DNA of 64,000 bases from the IMG/VR virus record IMGVR_UViG_3300050581_000202. One strand, written 5' to 3'. A program made the position numbers and the translations under genes. This DNA comes from a virus (taxonomy: Duplodnaviria > Heunggongvirae > Uroviricota > Caudoviricetes). Below, in pieces: positions 24,653 through 33,288 of this stretch (its first letter is position 1; every line of letters begins with the position of its first letter). The notes under the pieces are model-generated. The model saw nothing but the letters and a program-made list of their open reading frames with translations. It was not told the DNA's origin and did no database searches.

Positions 24653-25565
24653 ATGGCTCTACCCTCCGTCTCAAGAGATTCGCGCGACTTCGCGCCAGGA
24701 TTCTCTCTCGCTGCTGGCGGATGCTTTCCTCATCCAGGTTCAGCGCCCACTCCAGCGCCAGATACCAGCCGTCCACCGGCGTCTTGCAGCCAGCCTTCGT
24801 GAGTGCCAAACCGCCAAGCTGATGCTCGCGGTACTCGGCCAGCACTTCCTTCAAGGGCCGCAAGTGAGGCACCGGCTCGAAGTCCTTGCACAGGTCGTGC
24901 AGTTTTCCTTGACGGGCGGCCTCTTGAATCTGCTTGAGCAGGCAAGCCGCCACGGGGACGAACTCCCGTGCGGGGGCCGTCTTCGCCAATTCCATCAACT
25001 GCGTCTGATGGATGCGCGGCAGCTTGGCGAGCGTGTAGGCCGACTTCAGCGGTATCTCGCCACGTTCCACGGCCCTTTGGATGTCCGGCCGCAGACTTAG
25101 CAGCCTCAGTTGGTCGCCGATCCAGGCGGTCCCTTTGTGGATCAGATTGCTCACGTCGGCCAGCGTTGCGTCCATGCCCTGCCGGGTCGTGAGGGCGTCC
25201 ATGATCCGTTTGACCTGCCGCGCGTACTCCACGGCCGTCGTCTCGGGCCGCAAGGCATTGGCCTGAATCTGAAGCGCCAGCACGTCGTCGTCCGTGAGGT
25301 TGTGCTTCACGATGCAGGGCAGCGACGGCAGCCGTAATTCCGCGGCGGCCGTGTACCGATAGAGGCCGTCCACGACTTCGTAGCAGTCGGGCCGCTGCAC
25401 GGAAGGCCGCACGCAGATGGAATTCAGCGGGCCGACCGCCGCCAACGAATCACGTAGTTCCAGGTACTCAATCGACTCCCGGTTCACGATCCGCAGAACG
25501 ACCCACGGCTCGATGATCTGGTCCAGGGAAATCAGCCGGAACTCGTCGGGCAGTTGCTCGGGCAT
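24636..25565 (-). CDS. ParB-like nuclease domain protein
   Basis: ISLDQIIEP...LRIVNRESIEYLELRDSLAAVGPLNSICVRP...YEVVDGLYRYTAAAEL (ParB N-domain). Likely ATG at 25563-25565 (MPEQLPDEF). The ORF-track GTG start at 25592 lies inside an inverted repeat. Confidence 0.65.
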   Translation of the reverse strand: MPEQLPDEFRLISLDQIIEPWVVLRIVNRESIEYLELRDSLAAVGPLNSICVRPSVQRPDCYEVVDGLYRYTAAAELRLPSLPCIVKHNLTDDDVLALQIQANALRPETTAVEYARQVKRIMDALTTRQGMDATLADVSNLIHKGTAWIGDQLRLLSLRPDIQRAVERGEIPLKSAYTLAKLPRIHQTQLMELAKTAPAREFVPVAACLLKQIQEAARQGKLHDLCKDFEPVPHLRPLKEVLAEYREHQLGGLALTKAGCKTPVDGWYLALEWALNLDEESIRQQRERILARSRANLLRRRVEPCDDNE

Positions 25566-25587
25566 CGGTGCATCCGCGTCATACGTT

Positions 25588-25672
25588 GACACCTATACAA
25601 GACTGCCAAAGTCCCGTTTTTTCCCAACATTTCTGGGAAACTGCGAGCTTTTGGCAGTCTTGTATAGGTGTC
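25588..25672. promoter_or_regulatory. 24-bp near-perfect inverted repeat with a nested palindrome, in the divergent ParB-like / primase-helicase intergenic region
   Basis: GACACCTATACAAGACTGCCAAAG (25588-25611) and CTTTTGGCAGTCTTGTATAGGTGTC (25648-25672) are reverse complements with a single T indel. The 36-nt spacer contains TTCCCAACATTTCTGGGAA (TTCCCA-N7-TGGGAA). Confidence 0.7.
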
Positions 25673-25758
25673 TACGCGGCCCGCTCTTCGAGGCCGGATG
25701 CCATGCGCGTTTATACGCCCACTACGGATCGACCGACGCGGCCATTCAGAGAGATGTC

Positions 25759-28425
25759 ATGCCCTTAGTCAGCCAATCGCTCCAAAGTTTCCTCCAAGCC
25801 CGCAAGACGCTGGCCAATGCCGATCTGGTGGATCGCTGGTCCACGGCGATGGAAACGCAAGTGAACGTGATGGCCGGCGACGGCGAGCCGGTGGCCGGGA
25901 AGAAGTCCACCTGGACGAATGGCAGCGACACTTGGCACTCCATTCGCATCCCGAAGAACGCCGCCACGGACCCGACGTGGGAAGACTACAGGATCGGCTA
26001 TCCCTTCGACCTGTATGCCGAAGGGATCGGGATGACAGGCTGGGATTGGCAAGCCCGCTGCTCCCGGCACTTCGGCTATGACTTCGATGCCCTGACCGGA
26101 CACGCCCAAGGCATTGGCATCGACGATGCCCAATTAGAGAAAGTCAAACAGGCCGCTTGCGCCCTGCCCTACGTCGAAGTCCGCCGCAGCACGGGCGGCG
26201 GCGGCATCCACCTCTATGTCTATCTTGACGATGCTGGCGTGCCGACCGCCAACCACACCGAGCACGCCGCCCTGGCTCGCTGCATCCTGGGGATGATGTC
26301 GGCCGAGGTGGGCTTCGACTTCGCCAGCGCGATCGACGCCTGTGGCCACGTCATGTGGATTTGGCACCGCAAGATGTCGGCCGAGAACCACGGGCTGGAG
26401 ATTATCAAGCCGGCTGAGAAGCGACTGTGCCTCAACGACTTGCCGGCCAACTGGCGGGACCATATTGAAGTCGTCAAGGGACGCCGCACAAAGGTCCGCA
26501 TCAACGAGGTCGCCGAAGACGACACCGACCCTTTCGAGGCCCTGGCCTCCAGCCGGAAGATCATTCCCCTGGACGACAGCCACAAGGCGCAGATCGAGGC
26601 CCTGATGCGCTCTGGGGCCACCACGCTCTGGGTGGCCGACCACCATCTCCTGCAAACGCATACCACAGCGCTCCGCGAACTCTTGAACGGCCCGGAGGGC
26701 AAAGCCTTGAAGCTCGTGGGCGTCTTCAAGACGAACTCGGAGGGCCGCGACCCCGGCACGCCCAACTGTTTCTTGTTTCCGCTGCCCAACGGCGCTTGGA
26801 GGGTCTATCGCTTCTCGCCCGGCATCGCCGAGGCCGACACCTGGACCCAAGACGGTCAAGGTTGGACCACTTGCCACTTCAACCGCTACCCGGACCTGAA
26901 GACCGCGTGTACGTTGCTCGGCGGTGTGGAGCGCGAGCAAGGCGGCTTTGTCTTTGCCTCGGCGGAGGCCGCCGTCCAGGCCGCGAAAAGCCTGGGCGAA
27001 GACCTCAAATTGGACCCGAGCGTCATGGACCGCAAGGTGACGCTCAAGGCGCACAAGGACGGCCGGCTGGTCGTGGAGATCGAGCGGAAGAAGAAAGACG
27101 AAGAGCCGTTGAAAGGCTGGGAGGAGAAGAAAGGGAAGTACGTCAAGATTTTCCAGATCAAGACGGCCCCCAAGGAAGACAGCGACCTGGATTCTAACGA
27201 ATTCGACGGAATCATCCGCGCGCTGGAGACCGCCGCCGTCGAGCACGCCGGCTGGGTCGTGAAGAAGCAGAAGGAATGGGTCCGGCAGCCGGCCGCCAAC
27301 GTGAAGATGATCCTGCAAAACCTGGGGCAGCCCAAGGCCGACGCCGAGGCCATCATGGGCGGGGCCGTGGCCCGTGGCTGGCGCTTGGTCAACCTCCCCT
27401 TCCGCGAAGAATACCCCGGCGGCCGGCAATGGAACATGGACGCCGCCCAGTTCAAGTACAAGCCCGCCGAGTTGGCCGACGACGAGATTCCCCACCATCC
27501 GCATTGGGACTTGATCTTCGAGCACATCGGCCACGAACTGACGCCGATGCTGCGGGAACTGCCCTGGGCCATCAACGCCAACATCCGTAGCGGGGCCGAT
27601 TATCTCCGTGCCTGGATCGCCTGCGCCTTCCGCGATCCCTTTCAACCTACGCCGTACCTCTTCTTCTTTGGTCCTGAGAACAGCGGCAAGAGCATTTTCC
27701 ATGAAGCCCTGCAACTGTTGGTGACAAAAGGCGTGGTCCAGGCCAAACGGCCGCTTGAAGGGCGCGATGGTTTCAACGGCGAACTCTCCGGGGCAATCAT
27801 CTGTGCCGTGGAAGAGGTGGACATCTCCAAATGCCCTGGTGCCCGCGAACGACTCAAGGCATGGGTGACTGGCCGGACCATCTCCATCCGCAAGCTGCGC
27901 CAGGACAGTTTCGAGCAGCCCAACGCGACCCATTGGGTGCATACGGCCAACAGCCTGGAGAATTGTCCGATCTTCCCCGGCGACACCCGCATCACGGCCA
28001 TCTACGTCGCCGATCTGTTGGACGAACAACGCATCGCCAAGCCCAAGATGGAGGCGTTCCTTGAGCAGGAGGCCCCGCATTTCCTCCACACGCTGATGCA
28101 CCTGGAATTGCCACCGATGATCGACCGGCTCCGGCTGCCGGTGGTGACGACCGCCAGCAAGCTCTCCGCGGAAGAGGCAAACCAAACGGAACTGGAGCAC
28201 TTCGTCGCCGAGTGCTGCGAAACCACACCCGACAAGCATACGCCGTTCGCGGAATTCTACGACCGCTTCCAGCAATGGCTCCCGCCCAACGAAAAGCACG
28301 CCTGGTCCAAGAAGCGAGTCAGCAAGGAATTGCCCGTCCGCCACTCGACAACGGTTGGATACGCCAACCAGAAATTCGTTTCCCATGTGACCCTGAAGCC
28401 GGCCAAGGAAGGGGACCGCAAATGA
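25759..28425 (+). CDS. bifunctional primase-polymerase (AEP/Prim-Pol) fused to SF3 (D5/P4-alpha-like) helicase
   Basis: The likely start is the in-frame ATG at 25759 (MPLVSQSLQ); upstream ORF sequence overlaps the divergent ParB gene. The Prim-Pol motif is RRSTGGGGIHLYVYLDD. The Walker A is FFFGPENSGKS, with a Walker B / SF3 helicase region around AIICAVEEVD. Confidence 0.8.
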   Translation: MPLVSQSLQSFLQARKTLANADLVDRWSTAMETQVNVMAGDGEPVAGKKSTWTNGSDTWHSIRIPKNAATDPTWEDYRIGYPFDLYAEGIGMTGWDWQARCSRHFGYDFDALTGHAQGIGIDDAQLEKVKQAACALPYVEVRRSTGGGGIHLYVYLDDAGVPTANHTEHAALARCILGMMSAEVGFDFASAIDACGHVMWIWHRKMSAENHGLEIIKPAEKRLCLNDLPANWRDHIEVVKGRRTKVRINEVAEDDTDPFEALASSRKIIPLDDSHKAQIEALMRSGATTLWVADHHLLQTHTTALRELLNGPEGKALKLVGVFKTNSEGRDPGTPNCFLFPLPNGAWRVYRFSPGIAEADTWTQDGQGWTTCHFNRYPDLKTACTLLGGVEREQGGFVFASAEAAVQAAKSLGEDLKLDPSVMDRKVTLKAHKDGRLVVEIERKKKDEEPLKGWEEKKGKYVKIFQIKTAPKEDSDLDSNEFDGIIRALETAAVEHAGWVVKKQKEWVRQPAANVKMILQNLGQPKADAEAIMGGAVARGWRLVNLPFREEYPGGRQWNMDAAQFKYKPAELADDEIPHHPHWDLIFEHIGHELTPMLRELPWAINANIRSGADYLRAWIACAFRDPFQPTPYLFFFGPENSGKSIFHEALQLLVTKGVVQAKRPLEGRDGFNGELSGAIICAVEEVDISKCPGARERLKAWVTGRTISIRKLRQDSFEQPNATHWVHTANSLENCPIFPGDTRITAIYVADLLDEQRIAKPKMEAFLEQEAPHFLHTLMHLELPPMIDRLRLPVVTTASKLSAEEANQTELEHFVAECCETTPDKHTPFAEFYDRFQQWLPPNEKHAWSKKRVSKELPVRHSTTVGYANQKFVSHVTLKPAKEGDRK

Positions 28426-28604
28426 TCCTTCGCATTTACCGTTCCGCCGGCTTCCTTTCCCGCTCCGTGTTGCGGGCCGAGTTCGTCGCCGAAGTTGAAG
28501 TAGACGAGCGGCCGGAAGACGAAGCGGCCTTCGCCGACGAGTACGGCGGCGACATCGTTGACGTTGCACCCACTGATTCAGAGAGCCTCGGAGAAGATCC
28601 ATGA
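28422..28604 (+). CDS. small acidic protein (60 aa)
   Basis: MILRIYRSAGFLSRSVLRAEFVAEVEVDERPEDEAAFADEYGGDIVDVAPTDSESLGEDP. ATGA overlaps at both ends (primase stop and next gene start). Confidence 0.35.
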   Translation: MILRIYRSAGFLSRSVLRAEFVAEVEVDERPEDEAAFADEYGGDIVDVAPTDSESLGEDP

Positions 28605-29026
28605 GCAGGTACGGCATGACCGACAGCGGCAAACGGCAATCCTTCGGCAAGGGCATGGCGATCCGCGACACAGCAGATGACAAGCCCCGGCCGGACCTAA
28701 TCTCCCCTTTCGCCGAAGAGCGGCAAGGGCACTGGCTGCTCATGGGTGCCAAGAAGTACGCCGAGCGCAATTGGGAAAAGGGGATGCCCTTCAGCCGTTG
28801 CGTGGCCTCGCTCAAGCGGCACGTAATGAAGTACCAGCAGGGAAAACGGGACGAGGACCACCTGGCGGCGATCATGTTCAACGCAATGGCCTTGATCCAT
28901 TACGAGGAGATGATCGAGCGCGGCCTGTTGCCGGCGGAATTGAACGACATGCCCAACTACCAGTCGGCCGCCCGTGAGCCGTCGCGCAAGCCTGTCAGGA
29001 AGGGGAGGAAGACCCGCCGTGGCTGA
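28601..29026 (+). CDS. DUF5664-like phage protein (domain associated with the N-terminus of phage dATP/dGTP diphosphohydrolases)
   Basis: DSGKRQSFGKG...DLISP...GAKKYAERNWEKG...SLKRH...DEDHLAAIMFNAMALIHYEE matches the conserved pattern of that family as I recall it. I could not verify this by search. Confidence 0.45.
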   Translation: MSRYGMTDSGKRQSFGKGMAIRDTADDKPRPDLISPFAEERQGHWLLMGAKKYAERNWEKGMPFSRCVASLKRHVMKYQQGKRDEDHLAAIMFNAMALIHYEEMIERGLLPAELNDMPNYQSAAREPSRKPVRKGRKTRRG

Positions 29027-29639
29027 TTCCGTTGTCTATCCCGGTCTGGTCCATCTCAACGGTTGCCTGATGGCCGCCGTGGACTTGGAGACTACCGGCA
29101 CGCGGCCCGGCTATCACGAGATCATCCAGATTGCCGTGGTGCCGCTGGACTCGGACTTCAGGCCCCTTGTCAGCGTGCGGCCGTTCTACACCCGCGTCAA
29201 GCCTAAGCACCCTGAGCGGGAATCGGCCGGCGCGAAACATAAGCACAAGATTCCCATGACGGAACTTCTGCTCCACGCCCCAGAGGCCGAACAGGTGGCG
29301 GATTGGCTTCACGACTGGTTCTTGAACTTGAAGCTCCCCTTCAAGAAGTGCCTCGTGCCGCTGGCCCACAACTGGGCCTTCGAGTCCAGCTTCCTCAAAG
29401 CCTGGCTCGGCGTGGAGGAAATGGACCTATTGTTCCACAGCCACGCCCGCGACGGAATGCTCTACGCGATCTCGCTCAACGACAAGGCCGCCTTCGCGGG
29501 CGAGCCGGTGCCGTTCCCGTTCGTCGGCCTGGGTGCCATGTGCAAGAAGTTGGGGATCGTCAACACGAATCCCCACGATGCCTTGGCCGACTGCATTGCC
29601 GAGGCGGAGGTCTACCACGCCATGCTGCGGATGTTCTGA
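29019..29639 (+). CDS. DnaQ-like (DEDD) 3'-5' exonuclease
   Basis: AAVDLETTG (Exo I) and PHDALADC...Y (Exo III). The start is either GTG at 29019 overlapping the upstream stop, or ATG at 29070. Confidence 0.65.
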   Translation: MADSVVYPGLVHLNGCLMAAVDLETTGTRPGYHEIIQIAVVPLDSDFRPLVSVRPFYTRVKPKHPERESAGAKHKHKIPMTELLLHAPEAEQVADWLHDWFLNLKLPFKKCLVPLAHNWAFESSFLKAWLGVEEMDLLFHSHARDGMLYAISLNDKAAFAGEPVPFPFVGLGAMCKKLGIVNTNPHDALADCIAEAEVYHAMLRMF

Positions 29640-29650
29640 GGGGACGCCCA

Positions 29651-30142
29651 ATGTCAACATCTGAAAAGAACCAGTACCCGCCTTGTCCGAAGCGCCTTAC
29701 CGGCGCGGACATGCACGCGAAGTGCAACAATCCTACGAAGGGCCATTTTCAGCGACCGGTGCGAGAGACGGAATGCCGTCGCTGCCTCGGCCTTGACCCC
29801 ATGCCGACCGCTGCGGCGGCGGGTGAATCATCGCAGCCCGAGCCGCCACTTGCGCCGTTGTCTCAGCCTTTGCCACATTCTGAACCGCCCACGACGCCGG
29901 GATTAGTTCGTCGGGCCGTCTCCTACACCGAGGCCCTGGCCCGCTGGACGGCAGCCGGTCGGCCGGAGCGCTCCGACAAGGATGTCGAGCGGATATTCCA
30001 CGAGCACTGCAAGCCGTGCAAGTGGTATGACTCCGAGAAGCACATCTGCCGAGGCTGTGGCTGCCGGGTCGCCGACAGCGGTGTCGCCGTCCTGAACAAG
30101 ATCAGGATGGCCACGGAGCATTGCCCCCGAGACCTGTGGTGA
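29651..30142 (+). CDS. Cys-rich zinc-finger-like protein
   Basis: MSTSEKNQYPPCPKR...CNNPTKGH...CRRC...HCKPCKWYDSEKHICRGCGCRV...HCP. The earlier part of ORF 29303..30142 overlaps the exonuclease gene. Confidence 0.4.
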   Translation: MSTSEKNQYPPCPKRLTGADMHAKCNNPTKGHFQRPVRETECRRCLGLDPMPTAAAAGESSQPEPPLAPLSQPLPHSEPPTTPGLVRRAVSYTEALARWTAAGRPERSDKDVERIFHEHCKPCKWYDSEKHICRGCGCRVADSGVAVLNKIRMATEHCPRDLW

Positions 30143-30147
30143 AAGCC

Positions 30148-30537
30148 ATGCCGTGCGACTGCCCCGAAGACCTCCCCCGTCCCAAAGCAACGGGCGGCTG
30201 CAACTACCTGTGCTATTCCGGCGGTTCGGCTGCCGGCATCTACTCCCTCGTCGAAGAAGCACTCCCGGACGTGGAGATGGCCCACGGTCGTCCCGTCGTC
30301 CACTCCGACGGCTCTCTGGAGTTCCCCGGCCCTCCACCCGCGATCCTCGGCTACCGCCAGGAGGGCAATCGGCTCTATCCCGCCTGGCCGCCCTGTAAGC
30401 TGCGGATGCTGAGAATCGCAGTTGTTGACGGCGTGCTGACCATTGCCGGCATTTGCGGTGAGCAAGCGGCAGGGGCGTTCGGGCAGGAAGTCGCGCCGGG
30501 TCAATGTCACGCCTGTCCCACGCGCCGATTCTCCTGA
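30148..30537 (+). CDS. hypothetical Cys-containing protein
   Basis: Start MPCDCPEDLPRP right after the upstream stop. 129 aa. Confidence 0.3.
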   Translation: MPCDCPEDLPRPKATGGCNYLCYSGGSAAGIYSLVEEALPDVEMAHGRPVVHSDGSLEFPGPPPAILGYRQEGNRLYPAWPPCKLRMLRIAVVDGVLTIAGICGEQAAGAFGQEVAPGQCHACPTRRFS

Positions 30538-30643
30538 CTGGCGCGTCCAGATCGCGCAATTCTGTCCTACGTTCGGCATTCCGGGAAGTGCCGACTGTCG
30601 GGGTCGCAGAGGGCGTGCTATCCTTGCGGGGAGGATAGCGCTC

Positions 30644-31120
30644 ATGCCGACGAGGATAGGACGAAACAGCCCGTGCCCCTGCGGTAGCGGAAGGAAGTAT
30701 AAGAGTTGCTGCTACGGACGACAGTTCGACTGGGTTGAAGACGAGGACGGCCAGATTCTCCGCCGGGTGCCGGTCCCGGAAGAAATGGTCGATATGCTCA
30801 ACGGCCTCTTTGTTGCTTCCCACGGCCGGGAACCGGGACCAGGAGATCGCCTGTTCGACGGGGCACCGCCCTTGGAGTGGATCGAGCACCAGACCATCCA
30901 GGCGATGAAGAAGGCCAGGATCGACCCGGCCCTTATCCACGCCCACGAGCAGACGGGTCTGCTTCTCTCCACCGAGAACGAGTCGAAATGCACGACGATG
31001 GACGTGGCCGAATGGGACGCCGCCATCGACGCCTATGAACGAGAGACCGGCACGAAAGCCACGCGCCGCCGCTTGAGCGACGACGACCTCATGGCAGTGC
31101 TCGCCAACGGGCCGAAGTGA
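30644..31120 (+). CDS. SEC-C motif protein
   Basis: MPTRIGRNSPCPCGSGRKYKSCC, the SEC-C metal-binding motif, at the N-terminus. Confidence 0.5.
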   Translation: MPTRIGRNSPCPCGSGRKYKSCCYGRQFDWVEDEDGQILRRVPVPEEMVDMLNGLFVASHGREPGPGDRLFDGAPPLEWIEHQTIQAMKKARIDPALIHAHEQTGLLLSTENESKCTTMDVAEWDAAIDAYERETGTKATRRRLSDDDLMAVLANGPK

Positions 31121-31145
31121 CCGCGAGGCCGGAGGAAACGCGGCG

Positions 31146-31673
31146 ATGAGCGATGTCCGAAGCGACTGGCTGTACCACAATCCCGAACACTTCGTCCTAG
31201 CGAACGGGCGTCCCTTCACTCCGCAGCCGAGACCCAAAGGGATCAGGACGGGCAGTTTCAGGCAGTGCTTCGACAACGCCTTCCGCCTGGCGCGGCGGCG
31301 GAAGCTGATCTACGTCGAAGGGTATGCGATCCGAGGATGGGACGATTGGAAGTCCTTCCCGGTACTCCACGCCTGGTGCGCCACACGCGATGGCCTGGTC
31401 ATTGACAGCACTTGGAAGGACGGCTTGGAATACTTCGGCGTGCCCCTCGACATGGGCTACGTTGAGCGCAGCCGAAAAGCATCAGGTCAATTCAGCGTTT
31501 TGGAGAATTGGGAACAACTGTACCCCATCCTCCGGGACCACACGACCGACTGGCGGTATCGCGGCGAGATCGACCCGTCGGCGCATACTCCGAGCGAGGT
31601 CATTGATTGGCTGAAGGGGATCAAGGAGCACTTTGACAGCGAGGGCGAGGCCCAGCGGCCACAGGAGTCTTGA
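31146..31673 (+). CDS. hypothetical protein
   Basis: 175 aa with protein-like composition. It is the last plus-strand gene before the convergent junction. Confidence 0.4.
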   Translation: MSDVRSDWLYHNPEHFVLANGRPFTPQPRPKGIRTGSFRQCFDNAFRLARRRKLIYVEGYAIRGWDDWKSFPVLHAWCATRDGLVIDSTWKDGLEYFGVPLDMGYVERSRKASGQFSVLENWEQLYPILRDHTTDWRYRGEIDPSAHTPSEVIDWLKGIKEHFDSEGEAQRPQES

Positions 31674-31705
31674 CCGACATCGGTGAACCCTCGCCGATCC
31701 CACGG

Positions 31706-32281
31706 CTACTGATAGAACTGGTGCGTCGCCATCCCTTGGCGATCCGCCTGGGAAGTGAGCAGCTTGTAGACCTTGCAGTCGGAGAAGTCCACCAGCTTGC
31801 AGCGGGTGACGTGGACGCCGAACTGCCGCAACTCACGGCGGACTTCTTTGGTCAAGGTCTTGGTGAGCGATTCGTCTCGGATGCCCGCCATGATCTCGTC
31901 ATAGGTGTGCGTGGCAATCACGCGGACCACGGCGGATTGCGTCAGGTCGTTGATCGTGGTGTCCACGTCCCAGTTCAGCTTGCCGATGGCCCGCACGGGA
32001 TCGGGAATCCGATAGACCACGAGCGTCTTGACGACGACCTTCGTGCCATCCTTGGTGGCCATCACCTGATCGGGGATGGCGAGCGTCTGTCGGGCCGTCA
32101 CGATGACTTCCACGTCCGTCGTGAGCGGCCAATAGACGTGCAGCCCCGGCACGAGCAGCTTGACTCGTTTGCCGCGCACCCATCTCACGCCGCCGTGTGT
32201 GGCCCGCACAATGAGGATGCGGGGAAAGAATTGGTAGACCGCCTGGAACAACTGGTTCAGCCAAGCAAACGCGCTTTCCAT
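31706..32281 (-). CDS. SPFH/Band-7 (stomatin/prohibitin-like) domain protein
   Basis: FFPRILIVRATHGGVRWVRGKRVKLLVPGLHVYWPL...VEVIVTARQTLAIPDQVMATKDGTKVVVKTLVVYRIPDPVRA matches the SPFH consensus pattern. Confidence 0.55.
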   Translation of the reverse strand: MESAFAWLNQLFQAVYQFFPRILIVRATHGGVRWVRGKRVKLLVPGLHVYWPLTTDVEVIVTARQTLAIPDQVMATKDGTKVVVKTLVVYRIPDPVRAIGKLNWDVDTTINDLTQSAVVRVIATHTYDEIMAGIRDESLTKTLTKEVRRELRQFGVHVTRCKLVDFSDCKVYKLLTSQADRQGMATHQFYQ

Positions 32282-32451
32282 AAGATGCTCCTCTCAAGAA
32301 ACGACAAGTGCCCCGGCGATAGTCACCTGGGCACCTTGTCCAACCGCACTTGCCGCTTGCACCGTAATCTACTTGCCGCGACTTGACCCTGGCGCGTCTT
32401 CGCCGCCCATATCTCGCTTTTCATCGTTCGGACAGGCCGCGGACGGCTGCC

Positions 32452-33285
32452 TTACGCCGGGCACTGGAACAGCGACCAGTACGAGAAGTAATACCAGTAC
32501 GCATCGACCTCGAAGTATCCGATCAATCGGCTTTCATACCATCGGTGCTCAATGTAGTCGTAGAGATACTGAGTGAACATCGGCTGATCGTAATAGGTGG
32601 TCGATCCAACCGACGTGCTGCTCCCATAGCTGGAAGCCAGGGACGGCACTCGCCCCAGGTAGGTGACTTCATCCGGGTCTTCACCGCATGTACTCCAATA
32701 CTCGTCTCCTCTCGGCGCGCCGTTGTCCAGCCAGTAGTCCCGGTAGACGCAGTTCACCCAATGAGCGTGGTGGTAGCTGTGGGCAATGTAGCCCTGACCG
32801 CTGCCGTAGCATTCGACCAAATGGGCCATGACGCCTTCTGGAAGGGCCGCTTCCGCCGCCCCGTAGTCGATGTTCCCGAAAAGGTACTGCTCGATGACCT
32901 GCCAATACGGGATGGTCACGTAATAGCCGCCGCCGGGGCCTTCGATCCAGACGGTTCCTTGCCCGTTGGGTATGCAGCACGGCAACTGCGGCTCGCAGTT
33001 GCACCAGCCGTTGTCGATGGCCGCATCCACCTCGTCGATGTAGAGCTTCCGCCATTTGCCACCGGGCACGCCAGCAGTGGGCGTCGTGAATGTATTGTCC
33101 GAGCAGATCTCCTTGAGTTTGTCCTGAGCCGCCGTGATGTCCCGCGCGCTCCACTTGTGCGGCGCACTGACAAGCGATAGCGGCGCTACCGGATCGCAGC
33201 CCTCGGGCGGATAGGAGGCAAGGCTATTGATTCGCCCGAGCAGACTGTTCCAAGCGTCAAGCGTCAGAGGATAGAGGGCGGCCAT
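32452..33285 (-). CDS. Cys/Tyr/Trp-rich protein (putative structural or tail-associated)
   Basis: 277 aa with many Cys, Tyr and Trp residues (CNCEPQLPCCIPNGQG, YYDQPMFTQYLYDYIEHRWY). Located immediately downstream of the tail tip gene. Confidence 0.4.
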   Translation of the reverse strand: MAALYPLTLDAWNSLLGRINSLASYPPEGCDPVAPLSLVSAPHKWSARDITAAQDKLKEICSDNTFTTPTAGVPGGKWRKLYIDEVDAAIDNGWCNCEPQLPCCIPNGQGTVWIEGPGGGYYVTIPYWQVIEQYLFGNIDYGAAEAALPEGVMAHLVECYGSGQGYIAHSYHHAHWVNCVYRDYWLDNGAPRGDEYWSTCGEDPDEVTYLGRVPSLASSYGSSTSVGSTTYYDQPMFTQYLYDYIEHRWYESRLIGYFEVDAYWYYFSYWSLFQCPA

Positions 33286-33288
33286 GAC

